Assembly (NCBI GenBank): GCA_038046345.1
Contig: JBBSWJ010000002.1
Location: 1 to 12,667 of the forward strand
Length of the DNA: 12,667 nt
Direction: 5' to 3'
Origin: Nanobdellota archaeon
GTDB lineage: Archaea > Nanobdellota > Nanobdellia > SCGC-AAA011-G17 > JACPNG01
Part shown: piece by piece, positions 1-8,294 of the stretch
How positions within the stretch are numbered: position 1 is the stretch's first letter
Layout: each line of letters opens with the position of its first letter
Notes under the pieces: generated by a model
Told to the model about the DNA's origin: nothing
Database searches by the model: none
What the model saw: only the letters and a program-made list of their open reading frames with translations
Program-made: the position numbers and the translations under genes

Positions 1-1
1 C

Positions 2-223
2 TCATTAATTGATAATCCAAAAGAAAAAATTTTAGTAAAAGTTATAGGCATGTCAAGATTTAAATTTTTTAAAGATTTATACTCGAGTTTTCATTACTCC
101 CTCTTCGGGCACCATCATGGAATAACATTAGAGGAACAACTAAGGGATATTATGGAATGCTACTCTAAAAGTGATGAAGAAAAATACGGATGTCTGGCAA
201 TTCATGTAAGATTAGTCAAATAA
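2..223 (+). CDS. 3' end of an ASCH (PUA-like) domain protein, truncated by the window start
   Basis: Manual translation of frame 2 is open from the window edge to TAA at 221-223: SLIDNPKEKILVKVIGMSRFKFFKDLYSSFHYSLFGHHHGITLEEQLRDIMECYSKSDEEKYGCLAIHVRLVK. The C-terminal YS..DEEKYG.LAI pattern matches ASCH proteins as I recall the family. Absent from the ORF track. Confidence 0.75.
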   Translation, partial: SLIDNPKEKILVKVIGMSRFKFFKDLYSSFHYSLFGHHHGITLEEQLRDIMECYSKSDEEKYGCLAIHVRLVK

Positions 224-457
224 TATTGCTATCCTCTCGTGTTTAATCTAATCAAATCCAACCATCTATTTTCTCCTAATCCTAAATTAACTTCTGCTTA
301 TTTTTATATGTTTACTGAAGTCTAAATACAATATTTATCAAAGTCATCAGCTTATGAACAGTATCATCCGTTTCTGTTATATTACCTCAATGCTTTCTGG
401 ATACTTTAGCTTCTACTATAATAATTTTTAAAAAGGTATTCTAGTTAATTTTCTCAT

Positions 458-1654
458 ATGAAGATAAGAACTAAGATTAAACTTTTTTATGCTGTTGTAT
501 TTTTTATCATTGGTTTTATTGTTTCAAGTTACTCTCCTGATATTACCGGTTATTCTGTTCTAGAGTATTTGCCTGGTTCTGACTATGCTCCTGAGACAGT
601 TATCACTACTGATGGGGGGGTTGAAATGAAAAAAGAAGATGTATTTAAAATAGGTGTAATCCTTCCATTGACTGGTAGTGTTGCTGTGCTTGGTAAGCCC
701 GTTAGTGAAGCAATTAAACTTGCCGTAAACAGGGCTAATAATGCTGGGGAGAAGATTGAGGTTGTTTTCGAGGATACAAAGTGTATTCCAAAAGACGCTG
801 CAGTAGCAGTTCAGAAGTTGATTAATGTCGATAAGGTAGTTGCTATCATCGGTGAGATGTGCTCTTCTGCTACTATCGCTGCTGTGCCCATAACCAGCGA
901 AGCAGGGGTGATACTAATCAGCCCAGCGTCTGCTAATCCTACGTTGAGTAAAGCAGGTGATTTCTTTTTTAGGACTATACCATCTGATTCTTTACAGGCT
1001 GCTGCTATGGCTTTCATTGCTAAGAATAAGCTGGGTATTGATGAAGCTGCTGTATTGTTTGTTAACAATGATTATGGTATTAGTCTTGCTGATATTTTTG
1101 AGTATGAGTATAAAGCTATAGGCGGTGATATTTCTATTAAAGAACCTTTTGATCAGTCTACTACAGATTTCAGAAAACAATTGATTAATATTAAAAATGA
1201 ACATCCTGAAGGATTGTATTTTATATCAAGCCCATCTGAAGCTGGCCAGATTATGAAGCAAGCTGTAGAGCTTGGGTTAAAAATAAAGTTTTTATCGACT
1301 GAGAGTGCGCATGATGAATCTGTTTTATCAATTGCTCAAGATGCTGCTGATGGTTTGGTTATTACAGTACCTGACAAGAATGATGATATTTATTTTACTA
1401 GGTTTAGGAACGGTTTTTTTGAGGCTGCTGGTTACGAGCCTGGTATTTTTACTGCTGAAGCTTATGATGCTGCTAACTTAATTATTAATGGTATTCGTGG
1501 ATCAGATGGTTCTAGGCAGGGTGTTCATAATGTTATCTCTAGTATTGTTGGATACCATGGTGCTGCAGGCGTGATTACATTTGATGAGTTTGGGGATGTT
1601 TCTAAGAGTTATACACCATTAATTGTTAAGAATGGAATGTTTGTTGACTTTTAA
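458..1654 (+). CDS. LivK/LivJ-like (type I periplasmic-binding fold) ABC transporter substrate-binding protein, N-terminally membrane anchored
   Basis: 398 aa. Motifs FKIGVILPLTG...G, VVFEDTKC.P..A, AIIGEMCSSAT, LISPASANPTLS, FFFRTIPSDSLQ, NNDYG, DFRKQL..IK and AEAYDAA are typical of branched-chain amino acid-binding proteins. Hydrophobic segment at residues ~9-23. Ligand not determinable from sequence. Confidence 0.9.
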   Translation: MKIRTKIKLFYAVVFFIIGFIVSSYSPDITGYSVLEYLPGSDYAPETVITTDGGVEMKKEDVFKIGVILPLTGSVAVLGKPVSEAIKLAVNRANNAGEKIEVVFEDTKCIPKDAAVAVQKLINVDKVVAIIGEMCSSATIAAVPITSEAGVILISPASANPTLSKAGDFFFRTIPSDSLQAAAMAFIAKNKLGIDEAAVLFVNNDYGISLADIFEYEYKAIGGDISIKEPFDQSTTDFRKQLINIKNEHPEGLYFISSPSEAGQIMKQAVELGLKIKFLSTESAHDESVLSIAQDAADGLVITVPDKNDDIYFTRFRNGFFEAAGYEPGIFTAEAYDAANLIINGIRGSDGSRQGVHNVISSIVGYHGAAGVITFDEFGDVSKSYTPLIVKNGMFVDF

Positions 1655-1983
1655 AATAGATCTGTAACAAATAATACTTCTCCTTCTAAGCAGGTTGCAA
1701 CTCTTGTTGAGTATGCTTTAAACATTTGGTCTAATCTTTTTCTTGGAAACAAATAAGTAGTAAGAATAAAAAGTCTATCAGTTTTCTGATTTTTATCTAG
1801 GCGTGGTACAATCATAATTTTAGATGATCTTTCATATATTTTGATATCAGTAAATTTGTACAAGCCGTCTTTAAGTTTTTCCTGAACTTTGTATCCAAGC
1901 CAGTGCTCATCTGCTACCATTCTTAGTGTTGCTTCTAATTCTTCATAGCTTAAATATCTTTTAAGTAATATTGCTGAATCCAT
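1651..1983 (-). CDS. Hypothetical protein (110 aa)
   Basis: ATG-started ORF 25 nt downstream of xpd on the same strand; fills the gap exactly and interlocks its stop with the LivK-like gene. No family recognised. Confidence 0.7.
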   Translation of the reverse strand: MDSAILLKRYLSYEELEATLRMVADEHWLGYKVQEKLKDGLYKFTDIKIYERSSKIMIVPRLDKNQKTDRLFILTTYLFPRKRLDQMFKAYSTRVATCLEGEVLFVTDLF

Positions 1984-2008
1984 CTGGATATGCGTTTAGT
2001 CATGGTTT

Positions 2009-3862
2009 TTAATCATTTTGGATTTCAAAAAACTCTTTAACTTTTTTAACTGGGTCTTCTGTTGTTTGCATTTCCCATTCTTTTGGAAAAAACTTTTTAT
2101 ACTGTGGGAAGTTATATCTATCATCTAAGAATAATATTACCCCCCTGTCTGTTTCTGATCTTATACATCTTCCAGCATTTTGTAAGCATCTTATTAATGC
2201 GGGAAATGTGTAACCATATTCCCATCCTTTTCCAAAACGGTTATCATAGTATCTGATTAATTCCTGTGTTTCTAAGTCTGGTTTGCCTAGTGGTAGGCCT
2301 ACGATTAATACACCTTTTAGATAGTCTCCCGGTAAGTCAATTCCTTCTCCAAAACTTGCGTTGCTTATGCCCATTAACACTGCGCCAGTTTTGCTGTAAC
2401 TCTTAAATTTTGTTATTAGCTCTTCTCTTTCACTTTTGCTGAGGTTTGGTTGTTCTTCAAATGTTGTTTTTTGGCAGAGTTTTGAAAAGTACGGCAGTAT
2501 ATCATCTCTTAGTTTGTAACTTGGAAAAAATACCACACTATTTCCCGGTATTGTGTTGACTAGCATTGCGCTTAGTCCTGCAATTCTTCTGTACATTGTA
2601 TCATCCCTATGTGTAAATTTGGTTGTTACTTCTGGTATTATCAAATTCAGTCTGTTTTGTTTTGGAAATGGATCTGGTAGTTCTATTTTTTCTGCCTTGA
2701 ATCCAAACAGATCTTGATACATATCAGTTGGGGTTAAAGTACCTGACATGCATATTATTTGTGCATTTTCAGCTAATGGTTTTAGTAATAATCCAGGATC
2801 AAGCCCCCTGTATGTTAATACTAGGCTTGGTTTTCCTCTTTTTGTAAAAGTTCTTGTGATAATTCTTGTAAAAGCATTATCTGGCCCTTTCCATTCTTTT
2901 AAGAATATTGATAACGAGTTAGCAAAACTTCTTCTTTGATTTTCTAATATTTGTTCGCCCACTAATTGCATATTGTCTATTAATTCTTCATAATTTTGTA
3001 TTTTTTCTTCAAATTCATTTCTTTGTACTAATGCTTCTGTTTGTTGCAATGGTATCTTGCCTGCTAAATCCTCAAGTATTCCATTTATTTTTTCCACAGT
3101 ATCAGCTACTTCTTGATAGCCTTGTTGTCTTGCTTCTTTTGCTGCTTGGTCTATTACAAATGTTGAGGTATTTACTGTAAGCAGATCTCTTACTCTGTCA
3201 GGTAAGTTGTGTGCTTCATCAAATATTATTATTGTATTTTTTATGTCCTTGTTTGTTTTCTTGAATATTGCTTCTTGTATGCTTGGGTTTATCACATGGA
3301 AGTAGTCTGCTATGATAATATTTGCTTTTTGTGCATGAAGTGCTGTAACTTCATATGGGCATACATTATAAGTGCTGCATGTTTTTATTGTCTGTTCTAC
3401 TGACATTATTTCATTGCCTATAGTGTTTAGTGCCTTCCTTGTTTGCGGTGATGGGAGGCCTTTGCTTTTTATGTTCTCGTAATAAGTGCATATATTTTTT
3501 GTTACATGGTCTCTGCAAAACTCTCCAAATTCACCGGCGGATAATTCTGTTACTCCGGATTGTAGGCACATCCATTTTTTGCCTATGAAATCTGCTACTT
3601 TAATGTTGATATTGTATTTTTCTTTTATCTTTCTGATTGTGTCTAATACAATTGTATGCTGCGTATGTTTTGATGTTACAAAGAATATTGTTTTATTATT
3701 TCTTAATGCGTGAGCTAATGATGGAGTTAGTGCTGCTGCAGTTTTTCCGCAACCAGTAGGCGCGTGTATTATTGCATGTTGTTTTGATTCCAGTGCTTCT
3801 TCTAAGAATTGCATGAATTCTTTTTGTGTGCTTCTTGGTGAGGGGTATGGAAAGTAATCCAT
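2009..3862 (-). CDS. xpd: XPD/Rad3-family Fe-S ATP-dependent DNA helicase (SF2)
   Basis: Q motif (PRSTQKEFM), Walker A (APTGCGKT), four Fe-S-type Cys (WMCLQ, EFCR, NICTYY, VCPYE), DEAH box, motif III (MSGT), GEGIDLPG and motif VI (QNAGRCIRSETDRG). Confidence 0.96.
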   Translation of the reverse strand: MDYFPYPSPRSTQKEFMQFLEEALESKQHAIIHAPTGCGKTAAALTPSLAHALRNNKTIFFVTSKHTQHTIVLDTIRKIKEKYNINIKVADFIGKKWMCLQSGVTELSAGEFGEFCRDHVTKNICTYYENIKSKGLPSPQTRKALNTIGNEIMSVEQTIKTCSTYNVCPYEVTALHAQKANIIIADYFHVINPSIQEAIFKKTNKDIKNTIIIFDEAHNLPDRVRDLLTVNTSTFVIDQAAKEARQQGYQEVADTVEKINGILEDLAGKIPLQQTEALVQRNEFEEKIQNYEELIDNMQLVGEQILENQRRSFANSLSIFLKEWKGPDNAFTRIITRTFTKRGKPSLVLTYRGLDPGLLLKPLAENAQIICMSGTLTPTDMYQDLFGFKAEKIELPDPFPKQNRLNLIIPEVTTKFTHRDDTMYRRIAGLSAMLVNTIPGNSVVFFPSYKLRDDILPYFSKLCQKTTFEEQPNLSKSEREELITKFKSYSKTGAVLMGISNASFGEGIDLPGDYLKGVLIVGLPLGKPDLETQELIRYYDNRFGKGWEYGYTFPALIRCLQNAGRCIRSETDRGVILFLDDRYNFPQYKKFFPKEWEMQTTEDPVKKVKEFFEIQND

Positions 3863-3886
3863 TTTTTTAAAGTTTATTTTTATGGT

Positions 3887-4180
3887 TTATAAGAATTTAT
3901 CTACTCTAGCTCGCCAAGCGGACTCTCCAACAAATGGAAAAAGAGCTGTTCCATGCATTTTTGTTACAACGGTATTATCAGAGTTTGAAGGTTCGAGCAT
4001 AGCAATTCTTTGAATTATAAGCAATTCTTCGTACAACCTTTTGAGAATAGTAATCTTAGGAAGTTCAACTGATGTTTCTCTGATCCTTTTTTCAACTTGA
4101 AGCAACGAATCTTTGATATCTTTAGCTCTAGAAGTAATCTCTTCCAAACTATCATTTAGAGTTTCTAATTTTACAATCAT
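3887..4180 (-). CDS. Hypothetical protein with N-terminal coiled-coil character (97 aa)
   Basis: ATG start with a TATA-like TTATAAAT about 22-30 nt upstream on the minus strand (4202-4209). Heptad-like Leu/Ile spacing in the first 55 aa. No family recognised. Confidence 0.6.
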   Translation of the reverse strand: MIVKLETLNDSLEEITSRAKDIKDSLLQVEKRIRETSVELPKITILKRLYEELLIIQRIAMLEPSNSDNTVVTKMHGTALFPFVGESAWRARVDKFL

Positions 4181-4265
4181 ATATTACTGTATTTGTACAT
4201 CATTTATAACGTTTACCACTACAAAACAGTCATAAGTCTATACCAAAAAGTTACGATAAAAGCAT

Positions 4266-4280
4266 CGAAACATTTATATA
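4266..4280 (+). promoter_or_regulatory. BRE/TATA promoter of the HTH + RelE-like operon
   Basis: CGAAAC followed by TTTATATA (4273-4280), 40-50 nt upstream of the start. A GGTGA Shine-Dalgarno-like site at 4318-4322 precedes ATG 4328. Confidence 0.6.
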
Positions 4281-4327
4281 CTACTTCATGCTAAATAGTT
4301 ATAATTTCATAATAATTGGTGATGAAA

Positions 4328-4588
4328 ATGCAAGAACTAGAACAAGCCCCAAACCTGAACACTGTGATTATGGTAGAGAACACTCTAAAGGATATGGAAG
4401 AAAGTGTTATTACAGTTGCAAAACTCAAACGCAAATTACCACGGCAAGTAAACCATAATACTCTTAAAGTAATTCTTGAATACTTAGAAGTAAGCAATAA
4501 AATTGTGGTTACAATGCGAGGTATAACTTGGATTCACAATCCAAATCCAAACCTACAAAAAGCAATAGCAGATGGACTTGAATTATGA
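4328..4588 (+). CDS. Small putative winged-helix protein, candidate antitoxin or regulator
   Basis: The ORF track starts at TTG 4316; ATG 4328 is preferred because of the upstream GGTGA. Helix-turn-helix-like run (TVAKLKRKLPRQVNHNTLKVILEYLEVSNKI) followed by a wing-like strand pair. Overlaps the next gene by ATGA (4585-4588). Confidence 0.7.
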   Translation: MQELEQAPNLNTVIMVENTLKDMEESVITVAKLKRKLPRQVNHNTLKVILEYLEVSNKIVVTMRGITWIHNPNPNLQKAIADGLEL

Positions 4589-4938
4589 AAATAGTAAGAT
4601 TAAAACTTTCTCCAGAAGCCGAGGAAGTGTATAAACATCTCAATGAGGAAGCTCCAACATCCAAAACAGAGAGGATGATTCTCAAAGCAGTTAATCAGAA
4701 AGTAGAACTTATCAAATCTAATCCCCATTTTGGAAATCCAATCTCAAAAAACAAAATTCCAGTAGGATATCAACAAAAATATGGAATTAGAAATCTCTTT
4801 CGTGTTGAACTTCCATGTGCTTGGAGGATGTTATACACTTTAACAGATGGAGAAAGTGAAATAGAAATAATTGCCTTTGTTCTTGACGTAATAGACCATA
4901 AACAGTATGCTAAAAAGTTTGGATACAGAAGTATATAA
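4585..4938 (+). CDS. RelE/ParE-fold-like protein, candidate toxin
   Basis: 117 aa basic protein with RelE-like layout: LSPEAEEVYKHL, helix, NPHFGNPI, NLFRVELPCAWRMLYTL, IAFVLDVIDHKQY. Translationally coupled to the upstream gene. Confidence 0.65.
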   Translation: MKIVRLKLSPEAEEVYKHLNEEAPTSKTERMILKAVNQKVELIKSNPHFGNPISKNKIPVGYQQKYGIRNLFRVELPCAWRMLYTLTDGESEIEIIAFVLDVIDHKQYAKKFGYRSI

Positions 4939-5130
4939 CGCTCCGCATTTCTCTTCTTGTTTTTGATGTGATGCTCACTTTTTCTATTGAACACACAGCC
5001 CATAGTCCTTCGGGCATTATATCTCAGCTTTGCCTAAATAGCCAAGCGATTTCAAGAATGTTTCTGATAATTCCGATATCAAATGCAAATAATTTTTAAC
5101 TTTTACAATAGTAATAAATATCGGTATTAT

Positions 5131-6111
5131 TTAAGTATATTCCCAATCCACATTTACACTGTCTGTTCTTTCGTGCGGATTAATATCTATTTCATCAATA
5201 TCTTGCCTTTTTCCTGCTTTCCATTGAAGTATTCCTTGGTATCCTATCATTACTGGGTTGTCTACTGCATACTTTAATGGTACTACTGAGAATGTTGCCC
5301 CCCGTTCTTTGCACATTATGGATAGCATTTCACTTAATCTTTTATTTGCTCCAACTCCCCCAATTAATACTGCCTCATCTTTTTGCGTATGCGCAAGTGC
5401 GCGTTCTACAACTTCAGTTAGCATTGCGAATAAAGTTTCCTGTATAGAATAGCATAAATCTTCTCTTGGTATTCCATTCTTTAACATGTTTATTGCATGT
5501 GTTATTATACCAGAAAATACTAAGTCCATTCCTTTCACGGAGTATGGTAATTCAACATACTTTCCTTTTTTTGCTAGTTCTTCTATTTTTGGTCCTGCTG
5601 GAAATCCTAAATTTGCGTATCTTCCAAATTTATCCAATGCGTTCCCGATTCCAGTGTCCAATGTTTCTCCGAATATCCTGAAGTTTTTCTTTTCTAAACA
5701 AATTATCTGTGTGTTTGCGCCGGCTGCATAAACATATACTGGGTTTTTTATTTTACAAAACATATGCCCTGATGATAAGTGGGCTACGGCATGGTTTACA
5801 CTTATTATTTTTTTATTATGTTTTTTTGCAAGTTCTTTTGAGGCGTCCATTGTGGCGATTAAGCATGGTGCAAGCCCAGGACTGCCTGAAAATGTAACAA
5901 AATCAATTTCTTTCATTGTTATTTTTGCTTCTTGTAATGCGTTTTCTATTAATTTTGGGAATATTTCTTCATGATGTTTTTTTGCTTCTTGAGGTATTAT
6001 CCCGCCTGTTTCTGTAGTGTATTGATCTCTTATGTCTGCAAGTATTTTTGTATTGTCTAGAATTCCAACTCCTGCTGTATGAGCAGTTCCTTCTAATGCT
6101 ATTGTTATCAT
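5131..6111 (-). CDS. kae1: tRNA N6-threonylcarbamoyladenosine (t6A) synthase Kae1 (KEOPS), not fused to Bud32
   Basis: LEGTAHTAGVGI, SGSPGLAPCL, VNHAVAH (HxxxH metal motif), GANTQI, GETLDTGIGNALDKFGR, LPYSVKGMD, QETLFAML.E..ERALAH, GGVGANKRL and DN..MI. Confidence 0.96.
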   Translation of the reverse strand: MITIALEGTAHTAGVGILDNTKILADIRDQYTTETGGIIPQEAKKHHEEIFPKLIENALQEAKITMKEIDFVTFSGSPGLAPCLIATMDASKELAKKHNKKIISVNHAVAHLSSGHMFCKIKNPVYVYAAGANTQIICLEKKNFRIFGETLDTGIGNALDKFGRYANLGFPAGPKIEELAKKGKYVELPYSVKGMDLVFSGIITHAINMLKNGIPREDLCYSIQETLFAMLTEVVERALAHTQKDEAVLIGGVGANKRLSEMLSIMCKERGATFSVVPLKYAVDNPVMIGYQGILQWKAGKRQDIDEIDINPHERTDSVNVDWEYT

Positions 6112-6142
6112 ATTTTTTTTATGAGAACAAGTATTATAAGTT

Positions 6143-6439
6143 TTATCTTTTTAGTTTTTTATTGACTTCATTCTCTAAATGTTTAAATGCTCTATGTGTT
6201 GCTTTTGCAATATCCCAGTCCATTTGAGACGCTCTTGCAATAAAGTTTGGTGCTCTTAGTGATACATAAACATTTATCTGGTGCCCTTTATCTTTTTGTG
6301 TATCTAATTTGATGGTTATCTTTGGGGCTGCGTATCTTCTCATAAGCTTATTTGAGTACTTTTGTGTTAATCCTTTTAGAATTTGTTGTTGTTCTTCTGT
6401 TAATTTCTTTAATCCGTTATATTGTACTACTGCAGGCAT
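6143..6439 (-). CDS. HPF/RaiA (S30EA)-like ribosome-associated protein, putative
   Basis: 98 aa, very basic. Predicted beta-alpha-beta-beta-beta-alpha order, ending ARASQMDWDIAKATHRAFKHLENEVNKK, which resembles the HPF 'A.A...D...A...A..KLE.Q..K' helix. Recognised by eye only. Confidence 0.6.
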   Translation of the reverse strand: MPAVVQYNGLKKLTEEQQQILKGLTQKYSNKLMRRYAAPKITIKLDTQKDKGHQINVYVSLRAPNFIARASQMDWDIAKATHRAFKHLENEVNKKLKR

Positions 6440-6539
6440 GAATGGATGAAGTATTTATTTTATTTAAATCTTTACTTTATCGAGAAAGATATTTTCATAA
6501 GAAATTTAATAAACAGCCTAAATGATATAATCTTAAATA

Positions 6540-8090
6540 ATGAAAACTTTAAAATTAGTAATAATTGTAGTAGTTTTTTTAATTATTGTTGCAGTTTTTT
6601 TATTGTTCAAAAATTCTAAAACATTTCCAGAAATTCCTCAGGATGGTATAACATTTGAAGTTACAATACCAGAGAACACGCCTGAAGGGGATACGGTCTG
6701 GATATACATTTGGCAGACTCCGTATAAGATGACAAAAATTAGTGATTACACTTATTCTGTGACTATCAATGAGAGTAATATATTTGATGAAGGGTATGAT
6801 CTAAAAACAAACAATAATATTCGATATCGGTATTCTAGAAATAGATATGGTTTTCGTACAGCAGAGTATCTTGCTCCAACACCTGAAGAACCAGATAGGG
6901 ATACTGAAACTTATTATTTTACAAAACAAGGCAGGGAAGTTGCTTATGGGCCAGGCAAAATCCAAAAAGATAGAATAAAACGATGGAGATGGTTTCCAAA
7001 TGAAGGGATGCCAGTAAGAATATCATCTATAATACCAAACAAGAGATTTTTACCAAGAATTAATAATATCATGTTTCGTTCAGGACAAACAATTGAAGAT
7101 TTTTATGATCCATCATTCAGAGAGTTCTTTAATTCAACTTCAAAGCATATCAAAGAGCAGGGTTATACTTGGGTTGAGATTGACCCTCCATGGCAATGGT
7201 CAGAAGAAGATGGGCTTCCAAAAATAATTAATGATTTTACCAGTAAACCAAATTATCCTGATGACAAGATTTTTCTTGAAGAAGTAACGGCGTATAAAAA
7301 TAAAGGATTGCATGTTCTTATTGCACCACAAGTTTGTTGTACTCCAATAGACACTATAAACAAGTCTGAAGAATGGTGGGATTCTTATTTTGAAGAAACA
7401 GAAAAATTCCTTGTGCATTTCGCAAAATTGGCAGAACAAGCAGATGCAGATGCTTTTATGTACGCAGTCCCTTCATTGATAGAATATCCAAAAGGCTTTG
7501 CATATAGATGGGGCAGTGTATTCCGCAGTATAAGAACTGTTTTTACTGGAGAGATGGGTGAGATGGTATGGATTCTAGGCCCGGAGGTTTCTGCTTTTCC
7601 AAAGCCGATTCCGGACGCAGAATTTATAAGCTGGGCTGATGAACTTGACTTTATACTTGTTTCGACAGATTTTCCTTTGTCAACTAAAGATAATCCATCT
7701 GATAAAGAACTTGAAGAAGGAGCACAAGCAGTTGTTGAATCGGTTAAGGAATTTTATGATAAATTAGGAAAACCTGTAATTATACGAAATGGTTATTTTA
7801 ATGTAAAGTATTCTTGGAAAGGCCAAACATTTTATCAGATTAACTCTGTGCCTTGGCTTACTGATCCTGAAGAGAAGTTAAAAGAAAGTGGATATGAATT
7901 TGATACTCTTGATCATGATAGAACGATTAATGCTTATTTTCAGGTTATCTCAGAGAATCCTTGGGTTATTGGCTATTATCATTTTGGTTATACCCACTGG
8001 GAAAACCCTTTATCTCCTTGGATGTCTGTACGCGGAAAACCTGCAGAGGATTTATGGAAGAAATGGAATAATGTAATTTATGGTAATTAG
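6540..8090 (+). CDS. Membrane-anchored GH113-like (clan GH-A TIM-barrel) protein with an N-terminal CBM-like beta domain
   Basis: N-terminal TM (KTLKLVIIVVVFLIIVAVFLLF); CBM20-like start (ITFEVTIPENTPEGDTVWI). GH113-like motifs: HFAKLAEQADADAF, W..V..SIR.VF.G, WADELDFI....FPL, GKPVII..GY, PWVIG and SVRGKPAE.LWKKW. Confidence 0.75.
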   Translation: MKTLKLVIIVVVFLIIVAVFLLFKNSKTFPEIPQDGITFEVTIPENTPEGDTVWIYIWQTPYKMTKISDYTYSVTINESNIFDEGYDLKTNNNIRYRYSRNRYGFRTAEYLAPTPEEPDRDTETYYFTKQGREVAYGPGKIQKDRIKRWRWFPNEGMPVRISSIIPNKRFLPRINNIMFRSGQTIEDFYDPSFREFFNSTSKHIKEQGYTWVEIDPPWQWSEEDGLPKIINDFTSKPNYPDDKIFLEEVTAYKNKGLHVLIAPQVCCTPIDTINKSEEWWDSYFEETEKFLVHFAKLAEQADADAFMYAVPSLIEYPKGFAYRWGSVFRSIRTVFTGEMGEMVWILGPEVSAFPKPIPDAEFISWADELDFILVSTDFPLSTKDNPSDKELEEGAQAVVESVKEFYDKLGKPVIIRNGYFNVKYSWKGQTFYQINSVPWLTDPEEKLKESGYEFDTLDHDRTINAYFQVISENPWVIGYYHFGYTHWENPLSPWMSVRGKPAEDLWKKWNNVIYGN

Positions 8091-8150
8091 AGTTATTATT
8101 CTTTGAAAACGCACCAAAATATTTAAATATCTTTTTTCTAGTTGAACTTA

Positions 8151-8294
8151 ATGGACCAGAGAAAATCTTGCATGAACTGTGCTTCTGAGTTAGGAAAGTA
8201 TTCATGTAGCAAGTGTGGTAAGCTTGTTGGAGAATTATGTTTTGATTTTGATAAAATATTATGTGTTGTTTGTGCTGGTGGGTTAGTAATTTAA
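8151..8294 (+). CDS. Small Cys-rich zinc-finger protein (47 aa), missed by the ORF track
   Basis: Manual translation: MDQRKSCMNCASELGKYSCSKCGKLVGELCFDFDKILCVVCAGGLVI (three CxxC pairs plus one Cys). TATA-like TTTAAATA at 8122-8129. Stop codon interlocks with the ychF stop. Confidence 0.8.
   Translation: MDQRKSCMNCASELGKYSCSKCGKLVGELCFDFDKILCVVCAGGLVI

Noticed and set aside
224-457. 234-bp gap with short minus-strand open stretches (e.g. VNLGLGENRWLDLIRLNTRG)
   Set aside because: All frames are interrupted and no family was recognised. A pseudogene cannot be supported without a tBLASTx search.
4939-5130. Gap between the RelE-like gene and kae1, including the 77-aa minus ORF 4770-5003
   Set aside because: The ORF mostly shadows the RelE-like gene antisense. 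No transposase motif, inverted repeat or stable hairpin was found. A degraded relic is possible but unsupported.
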